From an uncultured Bacteroidales bacterium (GTDB taxonomy: Bacteria > Bacteroidota > Bacteroidia > Bacteroidales > P3), in NCBI GenBank assembly GCA_944321885.1, contig CALUNB010000004.1:6847-70846 (forward strand): a stretch of DNA of 64,000 nt, written 5' to 3'. A program made the position numbers and the translations under genes. Within the stretch, counting starts at the first letter, position 1; the number at the start of each line of letters is the position of its first letter. A model generated the notes under the pieces. The model had not been told where the DNA came from and did no database searches. It worked only from the letters and a program-made list of their open reading frames with translations. Shown here piece after piece: positions 48,591 through 59,042 of the stretch.

Positions 48591-49922
48591 TCATTTAATT
48601 AAAGAAATTAATGGCAAAAACTTACCATTAGAGCAAATCGTCAATCGGTCAACATAACAAATCATCACCTCTGAATCTTCCCCCATAGCATTCTTCACAT
48701 GCGCATATATACGTTTTTCCACCGTTTCTGTATACCCTTCCCCCTTTATGACATGTATTTCTATCTGCCCAATATCTCGTTGAACATATTGCAAACCATC
48801 AATATGTTCATAAATATCCCCATGCAAATTTAAAGCTGTAATCGTTGTAGTTGTACCATCTCTCCTAAAAATCAAATTCTTATCCCATCGCCCTACAACC
48901 TCCTTTAAAATCACATCTTCTCGACCAGAAATATCTTGAGACAACACCGCATAATCTCCCGTTTTATAACGAATTAACGGCATACAATAGTTATAGAATG
49001 TCGTACCAACCATCTCGCCTCTCTCATCCTTTCTGGATATCACATTTCCCGACATTCCTATCAGTTCAAAATATCCGTATTTTGGTTCAATATACAAATC
49101 TCGCCCCCCATGTGTCGTCCCTCCTAAAATCAACTTTTCACTATGACCGTACCATGAAAACAAACCAATCTTCATGTCCTTTACGATAAAGGCATATTGC
49201 TCTTCTGTAACAGCCTCAGAACCACACAAAAAACACCTCAAAAAAGAAATATCTATAGCATTTGCCTTACATAATTTGCAAAACTGATATGCAGCCGAAG
49301 GGTAAGCCTGGATATACTCCACATGATACTTTTGTAAAACACGGACAATTTTCCTCACATAATTCGGAGATATCCGAAATGCATCAAAAATCACCTCTTT
49401 CGTTATCGGATTCAACATATACGTACGGGAAGCGGGTAACTTATGATTCCTAATAACTCCACGTATATGATAATTCCAGCCTGTTGTTTGCCACATTGTA
49501 TGCATAAAAACCAGCTCTTCGACATACCTACGTGTCGAGTTAACCAATTTCAGTGGCTTCCCACTAGTCCCCCCCGTCGTTCCTATCACACATTCCGACA
49601 ACTTGACATTATCAGCAATAAAATCCTTCCAATGCCGCATAACTTCATCCTTGTCGATAAAAGCAATCTTCTCTTGGAATTCCACTACAGAATGTATCTC
49701 AAGATTCCCGTATCGATTACGATAATATGGAACATTCCGAATTGCAAAATTCACAACGGATAATAATCGCTCTTCAGAATCAATATTATGAAAGTTTCGC
49801 TTAAAACTTTCATAACTCCGCCCATACACCCTCCCCCCAAAGACATTCAGCTTCAATATCAAAAAGTTAATCCAAATAGGCCACTTCGGTAATTGAGCCT
49901 TAATATAATCTGCTATGTTCAT
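48591..49922 (-). CDS. Phenylacetate-CoA ligase-like / CapK (coenzyme F390 synthetase-like) adenylating enzyme
   Basis: 443 aa with TTGGTSGKPLK (AMP-binding P-loop-like) and YKTGDYAV. It sits in a capsule operon. Confidence 0.7.
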   Translation of the reverse strand: MNIADYIKAQLPKWPIWINFLILKLNVFGGRVYGRSYESFKRNFHNIDSEERLLSVVNFAIRNVPYYRNRYGNLEIHSVVEFQEKIAFIDKDEVMRHWKDFIADNVKLSECVIGTTGGTSGKPLKLVNSTRRYVEELVFMHTMWQTTGWNYHIRGVIRNHKLPASRTYMLNPITKEVIFDAFRISPNYVRKIVRVLQKYHVEYIQAYPSAAYQFCKLCKANAIDISFLRCFLCGSEAVTEEQYAFIVKDMKIGLFSWYGHSEKLILGGTTHGGRDLYIEPKYGYFELIGMSGNVISRKDERGEMVGTTFYNYCMPLIRYKTGDYAVLSQDISGREDVILKEVVGRWDKNLIFRRDGTTTTITALNLHGDIYEHIDGLQYVQRDIGQIEIHVIKGEGYTETVEKRIYAHVKNAMGEDSEVMICYVDRLTICSNGKFLPLISLIK

Positions 49923-50034
49923 TTCCTTATAATTATCTGTGATTTTCCATTACACAGGTTGTTCCATCTGGCGAATCTTCAATCATAACATATCCCGCAC
50001 CGATTTTAACTATTGGCTCTTTTGAGTCAGCACT

Positions 50035-51102
50035 TCATTGTCCAAGTAACTTTTCGTATACAGCCATCAACTCCTTTTCAACATTCACGGGTAGATGTGA
50101 TTGCACTTTCACATAAGAAATCGCCCCCATCTCACCATGCTTTGTTTCACTGCATGCAAGCGACTTCAACGCAGCAAACAAAGTTTCATGATCACCTGGA
50201 GGCACCAAATAGCCATTTTCCCCATCTACCACTATTTCCGGAATTCCACCAACAGGAGTTGACACTATTGCCATCCTATAAGACATCGCCTCCAGAATAG
50301 ATATAGGCACACCTTCCGCATAAGAAGGTAGGACATACACATCAGATTCTTTTAACAAAGCTTTCTTCTTCGCCCCGCTAACCCACCCATGATATTGAAC
50401 AATATCATCAATACCATACTTGGATATCATCTCACCTAAACGGTGCGTATCCCCATTCCCCCCTATATTTAAAATCACCTTTCCCCTAAAAAATTCTTGA
50501 TTCTCCCCTATCGTTGACACCAAATCAAAAACCCCTTTGGGTTCTGCAATCAAACCTAAAAACAGAAGATTCAACATGCCCTTTTTTCGCTCTCTACATG
50601 CCCCGTCCCATTCGGGTGGCTCAATAACATTATGCACTATCGTCACCTCTGAAGAAGTAATACCTTGAAAAAATTCTTTCCATCGTCCTGATAAAACAAC
50701 TATTACATCACACATGTCAAGTATTCTTGAAATTTTAACAGAAGATGTCGCATAATATTCTTTAAAACCACCACCATGTACATGCAGCACCACCTTACGA
50801 TGGAACATTTTTGCCAACCTAACAAAATACGCAGAACGATAGAAACTATTATACGAAGCAGTATGAATGTGCACTATTGAAACACTCTTATCGAACATTA
50901 AAACAAAAAACAATTCAGCATAAGCCTGCATTGCTTTACAAAATTTTTGTAATTTGCCTCCTCCTCCCGAATTCACGATGCAACGAAACTTCGGATAGAT
51001 AAAACGTGAATACACATTCATGACAGACGCCACCCCCCCACGAGGATATTTGTAAGAACATCCTATCGTCAAAACTCGTTTTGCAACACCTCTTGTTATC
51101 AT
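50035..51102 (-). CDS. Glycosyltransferase family 4
   Basis: ATG at 51102; the longer ORF starts at a GTG. The GT-B C-terminal motif is VLPSYAEGVPISILEAMSYRMAIVSTPVGGIPEIV. Confidence 0.8.
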   Translation of the reverse strand: MITRGVAKRVLTIGCSYKYPRGGVASVMNVYSRFIYPKFRCIVNSGGGGKLQKFCKAMQAYAELFFVLMFDKSVSIVHIHTASYNSFYRSAYFVRLAKMFHRKVVLHVHGGGFKEYYATSSVKISRILDMCDVIVVLSGRWKEFFQGITSSEVTIVHNVIEPPEWDGACRERKKGMLNLLFLGLIAEPKGVFDLVSTIGENQEFFRGKVILNIGGNGDTHRLGEMISKYGIDDIVQYHGWVSGAKKKALLKESDVYVLPSYAEGVPISILEAMSYRMAIVSTPVGGIPEIVVDGENGYLVPPGDHETLFAALKSLACSETKHGEMGAISYVKVQSHLPVNVEKELMAVYEKLLGQ

Positions 51103-51106
51103 AACT

Positions 51107-52189
51107 TTAGCGCTTATATAAATCCAAATATTTCCGAGCACATTCTTTCATTGAAAAACGATACTCGAACAACGCTGTCAAACGCGTTGAGTCAATAGGC
51201 TCCCGCATAAAACGTTCCACTGCCTCCAAATATGCATCTTTATCTACCGATGCCAAATACCCAGTCTTTCCATCTTCTATCACATCGGGAATACCGCCTA
51301 CACTAGTACAAATCGGAGTCACACCACACGACAACGCTTCAAGCAAGCTTATTGGCAACCCCTCAAAAAGAGATGTAAGGCAAAATGCATCCGAACATAA
51401 AAGATAATCACCGACATTATACTTCTCTCCCAAAAAATGTATTTTCCCGCAGGCCTTCCGCATCAACACCCGGCCCTCCTCACAATCAAAGCCATTCCCT
51501 ATCACCAACAAAACAAAGTCTACACCCTTCTCATCTAAGGAATTAAAAACATCTATCAACAACTCTTGGTTTTTTTGGGGATTGTATCTTGCCACATGGA
51601 TAAAAACCAAACTATCTTCACTCCCCTTGTATCGCAAAACTTCCGATTTAACAACATCGATAGCAGCTGTTGGAGACACAGGTTCTCTTCCATTATCAAT
51701 ATAAACAACATCTGCAGCCTTGTAGTAATCCAAATAAGATTTCTTACACAATGAAGATATACACACAGGAACTATCAAACGATGAAAATAAAAATACCGA
51801 TTTATCTTATACTGTAGTTTTCCACTAACAGTTTTTTCCGCCATATTATGCAATGTGTGAAAGAACCGTATCCGGCCACTAAAAAGTGCAAGCCGGTATA
51901 TATATGGAACAACATTCAAATGACAGTGAACTATATCAGGGGCCTCTTTTCGTATAAATTTCTCCACCAGCATCACCTTATGCAAGGAAAATCCAGAAGA
52001 CATTCCAAGAAAAACAAGTCGAACCGAGGGCGATACGAATTGTTTATTAAATGACATATCGCCTTCATCCTTCCGCAAAACACAAAGAACAACATGGTGG
52101 CCTTCTTTTGACAATTGGTTAGCCAAATCCACAACAAAACGCTCTGCGCCACCAGAAGCCAAAGAATACAATAACTGGAGAATTCTCAT
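51107..52189 (-). CDS. Glycosyltransferase family 4
   Basis: ATG at 52189 (MRILQLLYSLASGGAERFVVDL). Also CLTSLFEGLPISLLEALSCGVTPICTSVGGIPDVI. Confidence 0.8.
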   Translation of the reverse strand: MRILQLLYSLASGGAERFVVDLANQLSKEGHHVVLCVLRKDEGDMSFNKQFVSPSVRLVFLGMSSGFSLHKVMLVEKFIRKEAPDIVHCHLNVVPYIYRLALFSGRIRFFHTLHNMAEKTVSGKLQYKINRYFYFHRLIVPVCISSLCKKSYLDYYKAADVVYIDNGREPVSPTAAIDVVKSEVLRYKGSEDSLVFIHVARYNPQKNQELLIDVFNSLDEKGVDFVLLVIGNGFDCEEGRVLMRKACGKIHFLGEKYNVGDYLLCSDAFCLTSLFEGLPISLLEALSCGVTPICTSVGGIPDVIEDGKTGYLASVDKDAYLEAVERFMREPIDSTRLTALFEYRFSMKECARKYLDLYKR

Positions 52190-52191
52190 TA

Positions 52192-53277
52192 TCAAGACAA
52201 AATTTTTATATACATATCGACAATTGTTTGAAAGCTATAAACCGATTCAAAATGTCGAGAAGCAGAAACAGCCAACTCACTAGCCAATCTAACATCAACA
52301 ATTGCACGAAGAAAACATCGTTTTAATTCCTCTTCATTTCGAGTCTGATACATCAGACATTCATCAGCAGCTATAGTGTCAACAATTCCCGGAGCTCTTG
52401 AGGCTATAATAATTTTCGCATTATACATTGCCTCCAACAACGAAACAGAAGTTCCTTCAAAATCTGATGCAATCAGATAGATATCAGACATTTTATATAC
52501 CTCATTCACATTCTCTTTCGGAACAAACCCCAAGAAAAGAACCCTATCCATCAAATGTCTATCCCGTACATATTTTTCCAAATCAGGCAACATTTCCCCA
52601 GAACCAGCATAAACAATAAAGGGATTGTACAGAGACAGCTCCTGTGAGGAAAAAGATTCCAACACATGAAGTATCGTATCTGGGTTCTTCATCGACTTGA
52701 TTGTCCCAACCATACACACCACATTTGCATGCAAAGGAACTCCATATTTCTCACGCAATGTTTCCTTGGGTAATTCAGACTTCACAAATGGAACCAATGG
52801 AAAAATCACCTCACAATTAATACCATATATTTCATCATATTTCCGTTTAATATCTTGCGAAACTGCAATCACAGTCCGCGCAGACTTAAAAAACCGAGCA
52901 TGCTTACGTGCATAAAATTCATCTGGGTCCTTCCCATAATGAATCACAACAACATAGTCACGTCGCAACAAGAATGCTATCAGATAATATAAGCGAAATA
53001 CTATCCAATGAGCAAAAGAATAAGAAAAAACTACAGTTCTAATCGAGGGATGCAAAATAAGATGAAAGGCCAACTGTAATGGTGTGAATAATTTCGAAGG
53101 TCTCACATTAAAACACCGCAAAAAACGAGCACCAGAAAAATTATATTTCTGCGAAGCAGTATAATACAAGCAAAAGACCTCGGAAAGCTTCTTGATTATA
53201 TAATAATTAAAAACTTCCATTCCTCCCACATGAAAAGGATAAATTCCATCTCCAATGTGAAACAAAATCTTTTTCAT
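52192..53277 (-). CDS. Glycosyltransferase (GT-B, family 1/4)
   Basis: HVGGMEVF at the N-terminus. Also LIASDFEGTSVSLLEAMYNAKIIIASRAPGIVDTI. There is an ATGA overlap with wzy. Confidence 0.75.
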   Translation of the reverse strand: MKKILFHIGDGIYPFHVGGMEVFNYYIIKKLSEVFCLYYTASQKYNFSGARFLRCFNVRPSKLFTPLQLAFHLILHPSIRTVVFSYSFAHWIVFRLYYLIAFLLRRDYVVVIHYGKDPDEFYARKHARFFKSARTVIAVSQDIKRKYDEIYGINCEVIFPLVPFVKSELPKETLREKYGVPLHANVVCMVGTIKSMKNPDTILHVLESFSSQELSLYNPFIVYAGSGEMLPDLEKYVRDRHLMDRVLFLGFVPKENVNEVYKMSDIYLIASDFEGTSVSLLEAMYNAKIIIASRAPGIVDTIAADECLMYQTRNEEELKRCFLRAIVDVRLASELAVSASRHFESVYSFQTIVDMYIKILS

Positions 53278-54437
53278 ACGTCATGTCGAATATTAGTCGA
53301 TGAGGCAAACAAATCAAAATTATACAAAAACGAGAAAAGTAAAATCACAACAGGATAGAGGTACCATGACAAAGTCAAAAAGGAAAGCAGCAAGACCAAC
53401 AATATGGAATAATACAACCCCTTGTTTTCCTGTCGTATTCCATAGTAAAACATAAAAGCAAGAAAAACAGACAAGAAAAAGAACCCCACTATTCCCAATT
53501 CAATCAAGACTTTGATAAAAACATTATGAGCATCAAAACCCAAAGGTGACATATATAGAAATGACCCAACTCCATAGCCAATTAGACATTCCACAGGAGT
53601 CGCTGCCTTCCACATAGACAAGGCTGTCGCCCAAATAAAAGATCTTCCAGACAAGCCATCTTCATCCCCAGTAGACGAAGTCCCAATTCCTGTCAAACGG
53701 TCAATTATCCCCTCTGGCATAAAAAACATTAAGACAAAATAAACCAAAAACAAAGCCCCAACAAAGAATAAAATTTTGGTTCCCAATTTCCTGTCTGAAA
53801 GCACTAGGTACACAAAAAAACATGCCAATAAACAAAGGAATCCCGTTCGTGATCCTGTCAACAAAACAGAAAAGACAAATAGTATAAGAAAAAACAGCCG
53901 TCCTTTTCGCGACACTATCACATCAGAGAACAACAACAACGCAACAGATACAACATCCAAAATAGCCAACTCATTCGCATTACAGCCTAATATCTGCACT
54001 CTTCCCATGGCTGTAGCAACCGAAGAAGGAGCCACACCAGGAATATATGCATACGAAAGTTGCAAAAACACTGCAGTTCCAACCCCAAAAAGGAAAGCTT
54101 TCAGCATCTTCCTGTAATGTCCTGCATCAAATCTTACAGTAAAGACAAACAAGGCCATCAACATTGCCCCAACTAAAGGAATTAGCTGAGAATCAGCATA
54201 TTCCTGCACATTCGCTAAGGATGAAAAAGAAAAGCTTAAAAACAGAGCAAAAAAAACAAAAACAACCACAAAAAAGCGATGAAGCACAACCCGCCGACAA
54301 GCAAAAAAATACAAAATCATCCCAATTGCATCTACCAAATAATCAACTCCAGGCACTCCGCCCAATAAGTTCAATCGAAGGTAAGCACAATTAAAATAAA
54401 TAAAAAACAAAATATAATTATAAAAAATTCTTTCCAT
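53274..54437 (-). CDS. wzy: O-antigen/capsule repeat-unit polymerase (O-antigen ligase-like, Wzy)
   Basis: 387 aa with about 10 predicted TM segments. A loop with LTGSRTGFL is typical of the Wzy_C family. Very AT-rich. Confidence 0.7.
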   Translation of the reverse strand: MERIFYNYILFFIYFNCAYLRLNLLGGVPGVDYLVDAIGMILYFFACRRVVLHRFFVVVFVFFALFLSFSFSSLANVQEYADSQLIPLVGAMLMALFVFTVRFDAGHYRKMLKAFLFGVGTAVFLQLSYAYIPGVAPSSVATAMGRVQILGCNANELAILDVVSVALLLFSDVIVSRKGRLFFLILFVFSVLLTGSRTGFLCLLACFFVYLVLSDRKLGTKILFFVGALFLVYFVLMFFMPEGIIDRLTGIGTSSTGDEDGLSGRSFIWATALSMWKAATPVECLIGYGVGSFLYMSPLGFDAHNVFIKVLIELGIVGFFFLSVFLAFMFYYGIRQENKGLYYSILLVLLLSFLTLSWYLYPVVILLFSFLYNFDLFASSTNIRHDV

Positions 54438-54631
54438 CAGATTAATTGTTCCATTCTTTAATCACAACGAAAATCAGCAAAGCACGATAAACACCTAACA
54501 ACTCTTTTTCCAAAGAGAAAATATCCAGTACAGAGTCGCCAAAAGAGCATACAGCTACTGAAACATTGCAGTCTTCATGAAAAAATAGCCACCAGTAGAG
54601 ATTCTTGAATCGACGACATACCCTACCCTCC

Positions 54632-56128
54632 TCAAAACCGCCTCCTCAGCCTCTCCCTAACAGACAACGCCTTACTCTTCAAAGCCGCAGAATCAACAAG
54701 AAAAACATCATATCTAATCTCTACCAAATAAACAAATAACAAATACACAACGCCCAAACAGAGACAGAGAAATATATTTTCACTCCCCCAAAGAAATTGC
54801 AATATCAAAATAGGAACCAATCCCACCAATGATATCCCGACAATACGCCCTATTGATTTCCATGGGAAATATTGGCTTACAGAAACTTCCATTTGTCTCA
54901 TCTCAAACGCAATTTGCAAAAACCGTGGAATCATTGCATTCAATACTGCACTAAAGATTGCCCCCCATACTCCCCAAACGCGAATTAATAGATATGTCAT
55001 TGGAATACAAATCACACAAGCAAAACCATATGCCTTTAACGAATATTTCGTTTTCCCAATTGCACGTAACACCGTTCCACCTCCAAGCATACCGACAATA
55101 AATGTCAATATGTATATACGAAAAAAAGGAACGGCATCCATATACTGAGGAGGAAATAAAAAACCAATAATTTGGGGTGAAAACACAAAAACAATCAAGA
55201 TTAAAGGTAAAGAAAAGGACAATGTCTGAATAACAAATCGTTTATATAAATTCAATACAACAGGTATATTATTTGATTTGTACGCCAATGACATATTAAC
55301 GACATTTACTTGACATATTGAATCATAGATTTGCCGTATTCCTGGAATTCCGAAAAAAGCCAAACTATAAACCGCATATTCCGATGCAGAGAAATAAGAA
55401 ACACTTATCAACTTATCTATCTGCTGACACACACTATTGAGCAACACAGATAGTCCAAAGGGAAACGCATACATAAACTGCTGCTTTGCCAAGGCAATCG
55501 AAATATTATTTCGTTTTCTCAACGGAAATTTTTTCCGCACATAGAAGAACACAAATAAAAACTCAAAAAATTGAAGCAACAGCACGGCGAAAAAGATACT
55601 TCCTAATGTTCCCCAAGACAAAGCAAATACTATTACCAAAACAATCTTCAAAACCACATCTAATGGAGGGAATACCATTGTAAATAACCGATCCTGCAAC
55701 ACGGTAGTCAATGGATAGATTATATTTATAGGTATATATAAAAATAAACACCCCATTAAAATTCCCAAATAGGGAAACAATCCTTCATTACCTACTATAA
55801 CCTCCTTGATGGGTTTTATCCCTAAAAGCAATACACCAACAATACCAGCCAACAATGTTATTAGATATGTATTCCAAACCAACTTATGCTGTATCTCCTT
55901 TTCTGATTTCGGATAGAAATAATACAAATTTGATGGTAAACCAAAACAAAAAACCGTTCCCAAAAAGGAGAGTAACAAATAAAACTGCGAATATAAACCA
56001 TAATCCGACTTAGAAAGAAAACGTGTTAAAAAAAGTGGCATTACAAATTGCGCCACCATCGCCACGACTTTTCCTATTGCTATATAGACAGCAAACTTAT
56101 TGCTTACTGCACTTTTCTCTGTACTCAT
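54632..56128 (-). CDS. wzx: Oligosaccharide flippase (Wzx/MOP family)
   Basis: ATG at 56128 ([46 protein letters not shown]). Polytopic membrane protein of about 498 aa. Confidence 0.8.
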   Translation of the reverse strand: MSTEKSAVSNKFAVYIAIGKVVAMVAQFVMPLFLTRFLSKSDYGLYSQFYLLLSFLGTVFCFGLPSNLYYFYPKSEKEIQHKLVWNTYLITLLAGIVGVLLLGIKPIKEVIVGNEGLFPYLGILMGCLFLYIPINIIYPLTTVLQDRLFTMVFPPLDVVLKIVLVIVFALSWGTLGSIFFAVLLLQFFEFLFVFFYVRKKFPLRKRNNISIALAKQQFMYAFPFGLSVLLNSVCQQIDKLISVSYFSASEYAVYSLAFFGIPGIRQIYDSICQVNVVNMSLAYKSNNIPVVLNLYKRFVIQTLSFSLPLILIVFVFSPQIIGFLFPPQYMDAVPFFRIYILTFIVGMLGGGTVLRAIGKTKYSLKAYGFACVICIPMTYLLIRVWGVWGAIFSAVLNAMIPRFLQIAFEMRQMEVSVSQYFPWKSIGRIVGISLVGLVPILILQFLWGSENIFLCLCLGVVYLLFVYLVEIRYDVFLVDSAALKSKALSVRERLRRRF

Positions 56129-56741
56129 TGTAACCTCTACAAGTTGAAGGAGCTGCAATTTTATCTATCTCTGTCTTCAAAATCTTAGCGGGATTACCAC
56201 CAGCTATGCAATTCTCAGGGACATCCTTCGTAACAACAGAATTTGCTGCAATAACACTATTATTACCGATTGTCACACCCTTTTGAATCCGGACATTCTG
56301 CCCAATCCAACAATTCTCTCCTATATAAACCGGAGCATTAGCAGAATGTATCCAACTTCGAGATTCATCCGTTTCCGATGTCTGCCGCATATACAATCTA
56401 AAATCCGGGTTTACCGGATGGTTATTATTATCACTAATAAATACATTATCAGCTATTGCTGTATATTTACCAATATAAACCGCATTCACACACTGAATCG
56501 TGGTATGATTCCCTATTTTCGTATAATCCTCCAATGTAATTTTTCCTCCATATTGAGACTGAAGACATCCATATATCCAAACATGATTTTTAATAATAAC
56601 GTCATCTTTATGAGATCCGTAAGACAATGAAACATAACTACTCCTACCAAAGATATGATGACTTCCTTCTATATGTGCACACCTTTGAAACATTTTCGTT
56701 TTTCTTTTGGCAATAAGCCAACTAACAAATCTTCTTATCAT
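56097..56741 (-). CDS. Hexapeptide-repeat acyl/acetyltransferase
   Basis: Contains [19 protein letters not shown] and [49 protein letters not shown]. Confidence 0.75.
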   Translation of the reverse strand: MIRRFVSWLIAKRKTKMFQRCAHIEGSHHIFGRSSYVSLSYGSHKDDVIIKNHVWIYGCLQSQYGGKITLEDYTKIGNHTTIQCVNAVYIGKYTAIADNVFISDNNNHPVNPDFRLYMRQTSETDESRSWIHSANAPVYIGENCWIGQNVRIQKGVTIGNNSVIAANSVVTKDVPENCIAGGNPAKILKTEIDKIAAPSTCRGYNEYREKCSKQ

Positions 56742-56826
56742 GTCATTAAAAATTAAATAGAATCAATCCACGCATTCTCTAGAAAGAATCAATATTTACT
56801 TGATTCTAAAGAAATACCACACACAA

Positions 56827-57396
56827 CTAGCAAAAGTCTTTCAACCGCTCTACATCTATTCTATTATGGACTAAATATCCACTCCCTTTCTGGTTTATAA
56901 CCTTTGCCGGTACTCCTCCCACCGTGGCATTGTCCGGCACATCTTTCACCACCACGGCCCCCGCCGCTATCGTGGCATTATTGCCTATATGCACATCCTC
57001 CACAATAGAAACATGCGGGCCTATGTACACATTATCCCCTATGACAGCAGGGGTCCGCTTATTGGTCCCTATCGACAAAAACTGGCTTATATTGACATTA
57101 TTTCCTATCACAGTCCCACCATTGATAACAACGCCAACGCCATGACCGATATAAAATCCGTAACCGATTTTCGTTCCTGCCGGAATCTGAATACCATATT
57201 TCCGTGTAAGCCGAAAATGCTTCCATCGGGCAAAGTAATACAATGGATTCTTCTTCGATGCCAATCGAAACCAAAAACTGTAAACAAAACAATGATTCCT
57301 GACCATCATTATCTGTTTAACCAAATCCCATCGACTGGGATTTTTCCCATAATAACGGTAATAATCACTATATATATATTTGAAAATCTCGTTCAT
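56827..57396 (-). CDS. Serine O-acetyltransferase-like hexapeptide transferase
   Basis: Contains IGYGFYIGHGVGVVINGGTVIGNNVNISQFLSIG and IGNNATIAAGAVVVKDVPDNATVGGVPAKVI. Confidence 0.75.
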   Translation of the reverse strand: MNEIFKYIYSDYYRYYGKNPSRWDLVKQIMMVRNHCFVYSFWFRLASKKNPLYYFARWKHFRLTRKYGIQIPAGTKIGYGFYIGHGVGVVINGGTVIGNNVNISQFLSIGTNKRTPAVIGDNVYIGPHVSIVEDVHIGNNATIAAGAVVVKDVPDNATVGGVPAKVINQKGSGYLVHNRIDVERLKDFC

Positions 57397-57422
57397 TGCC
57401 TTTTTCCCTCCTGAATAAAACC

Positions 57423-59012
57423 TCAGTAAACTTCATCTATCTTCCACGACCCAAGCGTGTGTTTTTCCCGGTCGAAACCTATCCCCACCTTCACTACCGG
57501 AAGCCCGCAAAGGGCGAAGCGATCCGGATAATCCTTGAGGTCGATTTGCCCCATAGCCGCATCGGCATCCTTGTCCAATTTCAACTCTATCACATACAGT
57601 TTGCTTGCTGTCCGAAGTACCAAATCAACCCGGCCTCGCGGGGTCCGGATCTCCACATCCACAGAAGCCCCCAACAGGCTAAAAATGATGTACAAGACTT
57701 GCTGGTAATGCCCCTCGTAATCCGTGTTATCGCAATAAGGCACCGAAGACAAAAAGCTTTGGAGCAGCCGCAAAGCCGCTTCCATATCGTCACGCCTTAT
57801 TGCCTCCGACATCTTGGCAACCATCGTGTTACCCCCCATGGAAGCCCCCGCCACATACACCGGCAACAGACTCCGCATCAACCCAATACGTACTTCCCGG
57901 TTGGGCATCCCCAAAGTATAAAGTTCCGAACCTGCGTCATACCCCTTGATGGTCACATACCCGCTTTGGTAAAGCAACGGCACAAGGCTTGTCATCCGCT
58001 CGGCTGGCATGTCGAAATCCTCCCGCATGGCCTCCATCGAAGTCCCCAACTCGACAGGAGACACATGGAATTTCCGCATCATCTCCAACAAATAAGTCGG
58101 AGTTCCACTTCCAAACCAATACGCCTCGATACGCCCGTCCGAAAAGGCATTGAGCAGGCTGTAAGGGTTGTACACATCGGGCGAAGGCCAACAGAAATGA
58201 TACCCATCGTAATGGGATTTCAAAAGATCCAAAACTTCTTCCCGCGTACGCTTCATCTTAACGGCAAAGCGTTCCACATCCGGCATCAGGGAACTTTCGA
58301 TTTCTTCCTGCGTAATACCACATAAAGCCGCATACACAGGATCCATACTGATGTTCTTGATGTTGTTCAACTCGCTGAAAATGCTCAAAGCGGAAAATTT
58401 GGTGATTCCCGTCAGGAACACGAAACGCAAATAAGGATCGCAGGCCTTGAGCGGGCTGTAAAAATTCCGCATTACGTTACGCAAGACCGGTAAATCCCGT
58501 TCTTCGTGCAACACGTCCAAAAGGGGAGCATCATATTCGTCAATCAAGACTACCACCTGCTTTCCAGTATGCTGAAAAACATGACGTATCAACTTCTCCA
58601 ACCGGAGATTCAATGGTTTATAAGTCTCATCCACTCCATAAACCTGCTCCCACTCATCGAGCTGAGCTGACAAGTATTGTTCCAACTCCTCCTTATCCAC
58701 ATGCTTTGCCATGCTCATATCAAAGTGCAGAACCGGATAAGCCGTCCATTCCGTTTCCAGCTTCTCGATGGCCAATCCCGAAAAAAGCTCCCTCTGCCCC
58801 GAAAAATAAGCCTGCAAGGTGGACACCAGCAAAGACTTCCCGAAACGGCGGGGCCGTCCTAAAAAAAGATACTTGGCATCGGCATGGGCAAGACGGAAAA
58901 CAAGCTCCGTCTTGTCCACATACACATACCCTTTGGTCCTAATCTCGGAAAAGGTCTGTATCCCTATCGGATAACGTCTCCTCGACATGTCTTGGAAAGT
59001 CTGCAAATCCAT
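57423..59012 (-). CDS. AAA-ATPase-like + PD-(D/E)XK (PDDEXK_9-type) fusion protein
   Basis: The N-terminus RRRYPIGIQTFSEIRTKGYVYVDKTELVFRL...LGRPRRFGKSLLVSTLQAYF is characteristic of the Bacteroidales AAA-ATPase_like family. The C-terminal GRVDLVLRTASKLYVIELKLD fits a D...E-x-K nuclease core. Confidence 0.75.
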   Translation of the reverse strand: MDLQTFQDMSRRRYPIGIQTFSEIRTKGYVYVDKTELVFRLAHADAKYLFLGRPRRFGKSLLVSTLQAYFSGQRELFSGLAIEKLETEWTAYPVLHFDMSMAKHVDKEELEQYLSAQLDEWEQVYGVDETYKPLNLRLEKLIRHVFQHTGKQVVVLIDEYDAPLLDVLHEERDLPVLRNVMRNFYSPLKACDPYLRFVFLTGITKFSALSIFSELNNIKNISMDPVYAALCGITQEEIESSLMPDVERFAVKMKRTREEVLDLLKSHYDGYHFCWPSPDVYNPYSLLNAFSDGRIEAYWFGSGTPTYLLEMMRKFHVSPVELGTSMEAMREDFDMPAERMTSLVPLLYQSGYVTIKGYDAGSELYTLGMPNREVRIGLMRSLLPVYVAGASMGGNTMVAKMSEAIRRDDMEAALRLLQSFLSSVPYCDNTDYEGHYQQVLYIIFSLLGASVDVEIRTPRGRVDLVLRTASKLYVIELKLDKDADAAMGQIDLKDYPDRFALCGLPVVKVGIGFDREKHTLGSWKIDEVY

Positions 59013-59042
59013 GGAGTTATTGTGTTTACCCGCAAAGATAAA

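Larger units (their letters stand above)
38000..57400. other. AT-rich block (defence pair + serotype-specific capsule genes) within a GC-rich backbone
   Basis: Sampled 60-nt lines give about 32-43% GC inside (for example 53401 and 40501). A line at 13021 outside gives about 55%. The transitions fall inside ORF 37629..38258 and at the 57396/57423 gene junction. Boundaries are approximate. Confidence 0.5.
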
